A DNA stretch of 64,000 nt from an uncultured virus (IMG/VR IMGVR_UViG_3300032116_013561) (lineage: Duplodnaviria; Heunggongvirae; Uroviricota; Caudoviricetes): IMG/VR virus record IMGVR_UViG_3300032116_013561. One strand, given 5' to 3'. Each line of letters opens with the position of its first letter. Position 1 is the first letter of the stretch. Both the position numbers and the translations under genes were made by a program. Below the pieces are notes generated by a model. That model ran no database searches and was not told where the DNA came from. It saw nothing but the letters and a program-made list of their open reading frames with translations. Below are positions 63,481-64,000 of this stretch, piece by piece.

Positions 63481-64000
63481 TTAATTCATACCTCTTGGAT
63501 TTCCAATATTTCCTATTTGTGTAGAGAATCCAAATCTTCTTGGACCGTTAGGATAGTTTGATTGTGCTTCAGTTGGTGTTGAGCCTATTGGATTTGTAGT
63601 TTGTGGTGTTTGTGTATTTAATGAAGATGAACCCGTTGCTGGTGTTGATGCTGGTTTTTTATTTTTCAAATCAACAATTTGTTTTTCTATATCAGCTTTT
63701 TTAACTTTTAATTCATCTATTTTTTCTTTTAATTTAGCCTTTGCTTCTTCTTTTCTTTTTTTACTTCCTATTAATGATAATAAACTAAGTGGGAAAAATA
63801 CTACCAAACCTAAAGTTCTCCATAAATTTGTATTTCCAAAATTTTTAGAGTTTAATTCAGTTTCAGCTTGTTTAATTAAACCATTAACTTCTTTTAATTC
63901 TTTTTCTAAATTTTTAAGTTCAGTTTCATAATTTTCTAAACTTCTAGCTGCTTCAACTTCACTTTTAGCTTTAGCTTTTCCTGTTGTTGGGTCTACTTCT
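63481..64000 (-). CDS. Partial coiled-coil protein with one hydrophobic segment, entering from the right edge
   Basis: The frame of the 63481-63807 ORF stays open to the edge (EVDPTTGKAKAKSEVEAARSLENYETELKNL...LWRTLGLVVFFP). Confidence 0.65.
   Translation of the reverse strand, partial: EVDPTTGKAKAKSEVEAARSLENYETELKNLEKELKEVNGLIKQAETELNSKNFGNTNLWRTLGLVVFFPLSLLSLIGSKKRKEEAKAKLKEKIDELKVKKADIEKQIVDLKNKKPASTPATGSSSLNTQTPQTTNPIGSTPTEAQSNYPNGPRRFGFSTQIGNIGNPRGMN

Noticed and set aside
598..63561. The many plus-strand ORFs of 60-165 aa in the ORF track, and short nested minus-strand ORFs (2424-2657, 28057-28281, 58665-58850)
   Set aside because: They lie antisense to or out of frame within well-supported genes and show no family motifs; they are shadow ORFs.
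1..64000. Stop-codon reassignment as seen in some Bacteroidota phages
   Set aside because: Long intact ORFs tile the window under the standard code, and TAG or TGA end genes at expected family C-termini (SbcCD and Dps-like with TAG; TBDR and phoH with TGA).
1..64000. tRNA or rRNA genes
   Set aside because: Intergenic gaps are short and I saw no cloverleaf or T-loop signature; tRNAscan-SE would be decisive.

Overview
A 64 kb, AT-rich, densely coding segment of a large tailed dsDNA phage with a contractile-tail (T4-like) baseplate. Almost every credible gene is on the minus strand. The host is very likely a Bacteroidota bacterium: five TTTG-N20-TAnnTTT(G/A) promoters, Gln at +1 after six signal peptides, D-S/T-hydrophobic glycosylation sequons and T9SS-CTD-like domains all point that way. 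In window order it contains: tail fibre and chaperone (1-8.2 kb); a lone plus-strand ribbon-helix-helix gene; a fused Mre11-Rad50 (SbcD-SbcC) gene and a primase; baseplate genes with CHAP and M15 wall hydrolases (13.5-31.6 kb); small proteins sharing a 10-residue leader like a capsid-targeting sequence (32-35.3 and 41.8-42.7 kb); a roughly 16.6 kb host-envelope module (35.3-52 kb); and a metabolism/stress block (Dps-like, gp55-like sigma, dead peptide deformylase, cupin, thyA, uvsE, Hsp20, HD, nucleotidase, phoH). The envelope module is the best candidate for an undescribed system. It encodes a TonB-dependent receptor with its lipoprotein, two beta-barrels, two CsgG-like proteins, a repeat-flanked DUF2589 cassette, two free-standing T9SS-CTD-like lipoproteins and two cohesin/dockerin-like secreted proteins. 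All family assignments come from motif recognition by eye; no searches were run.
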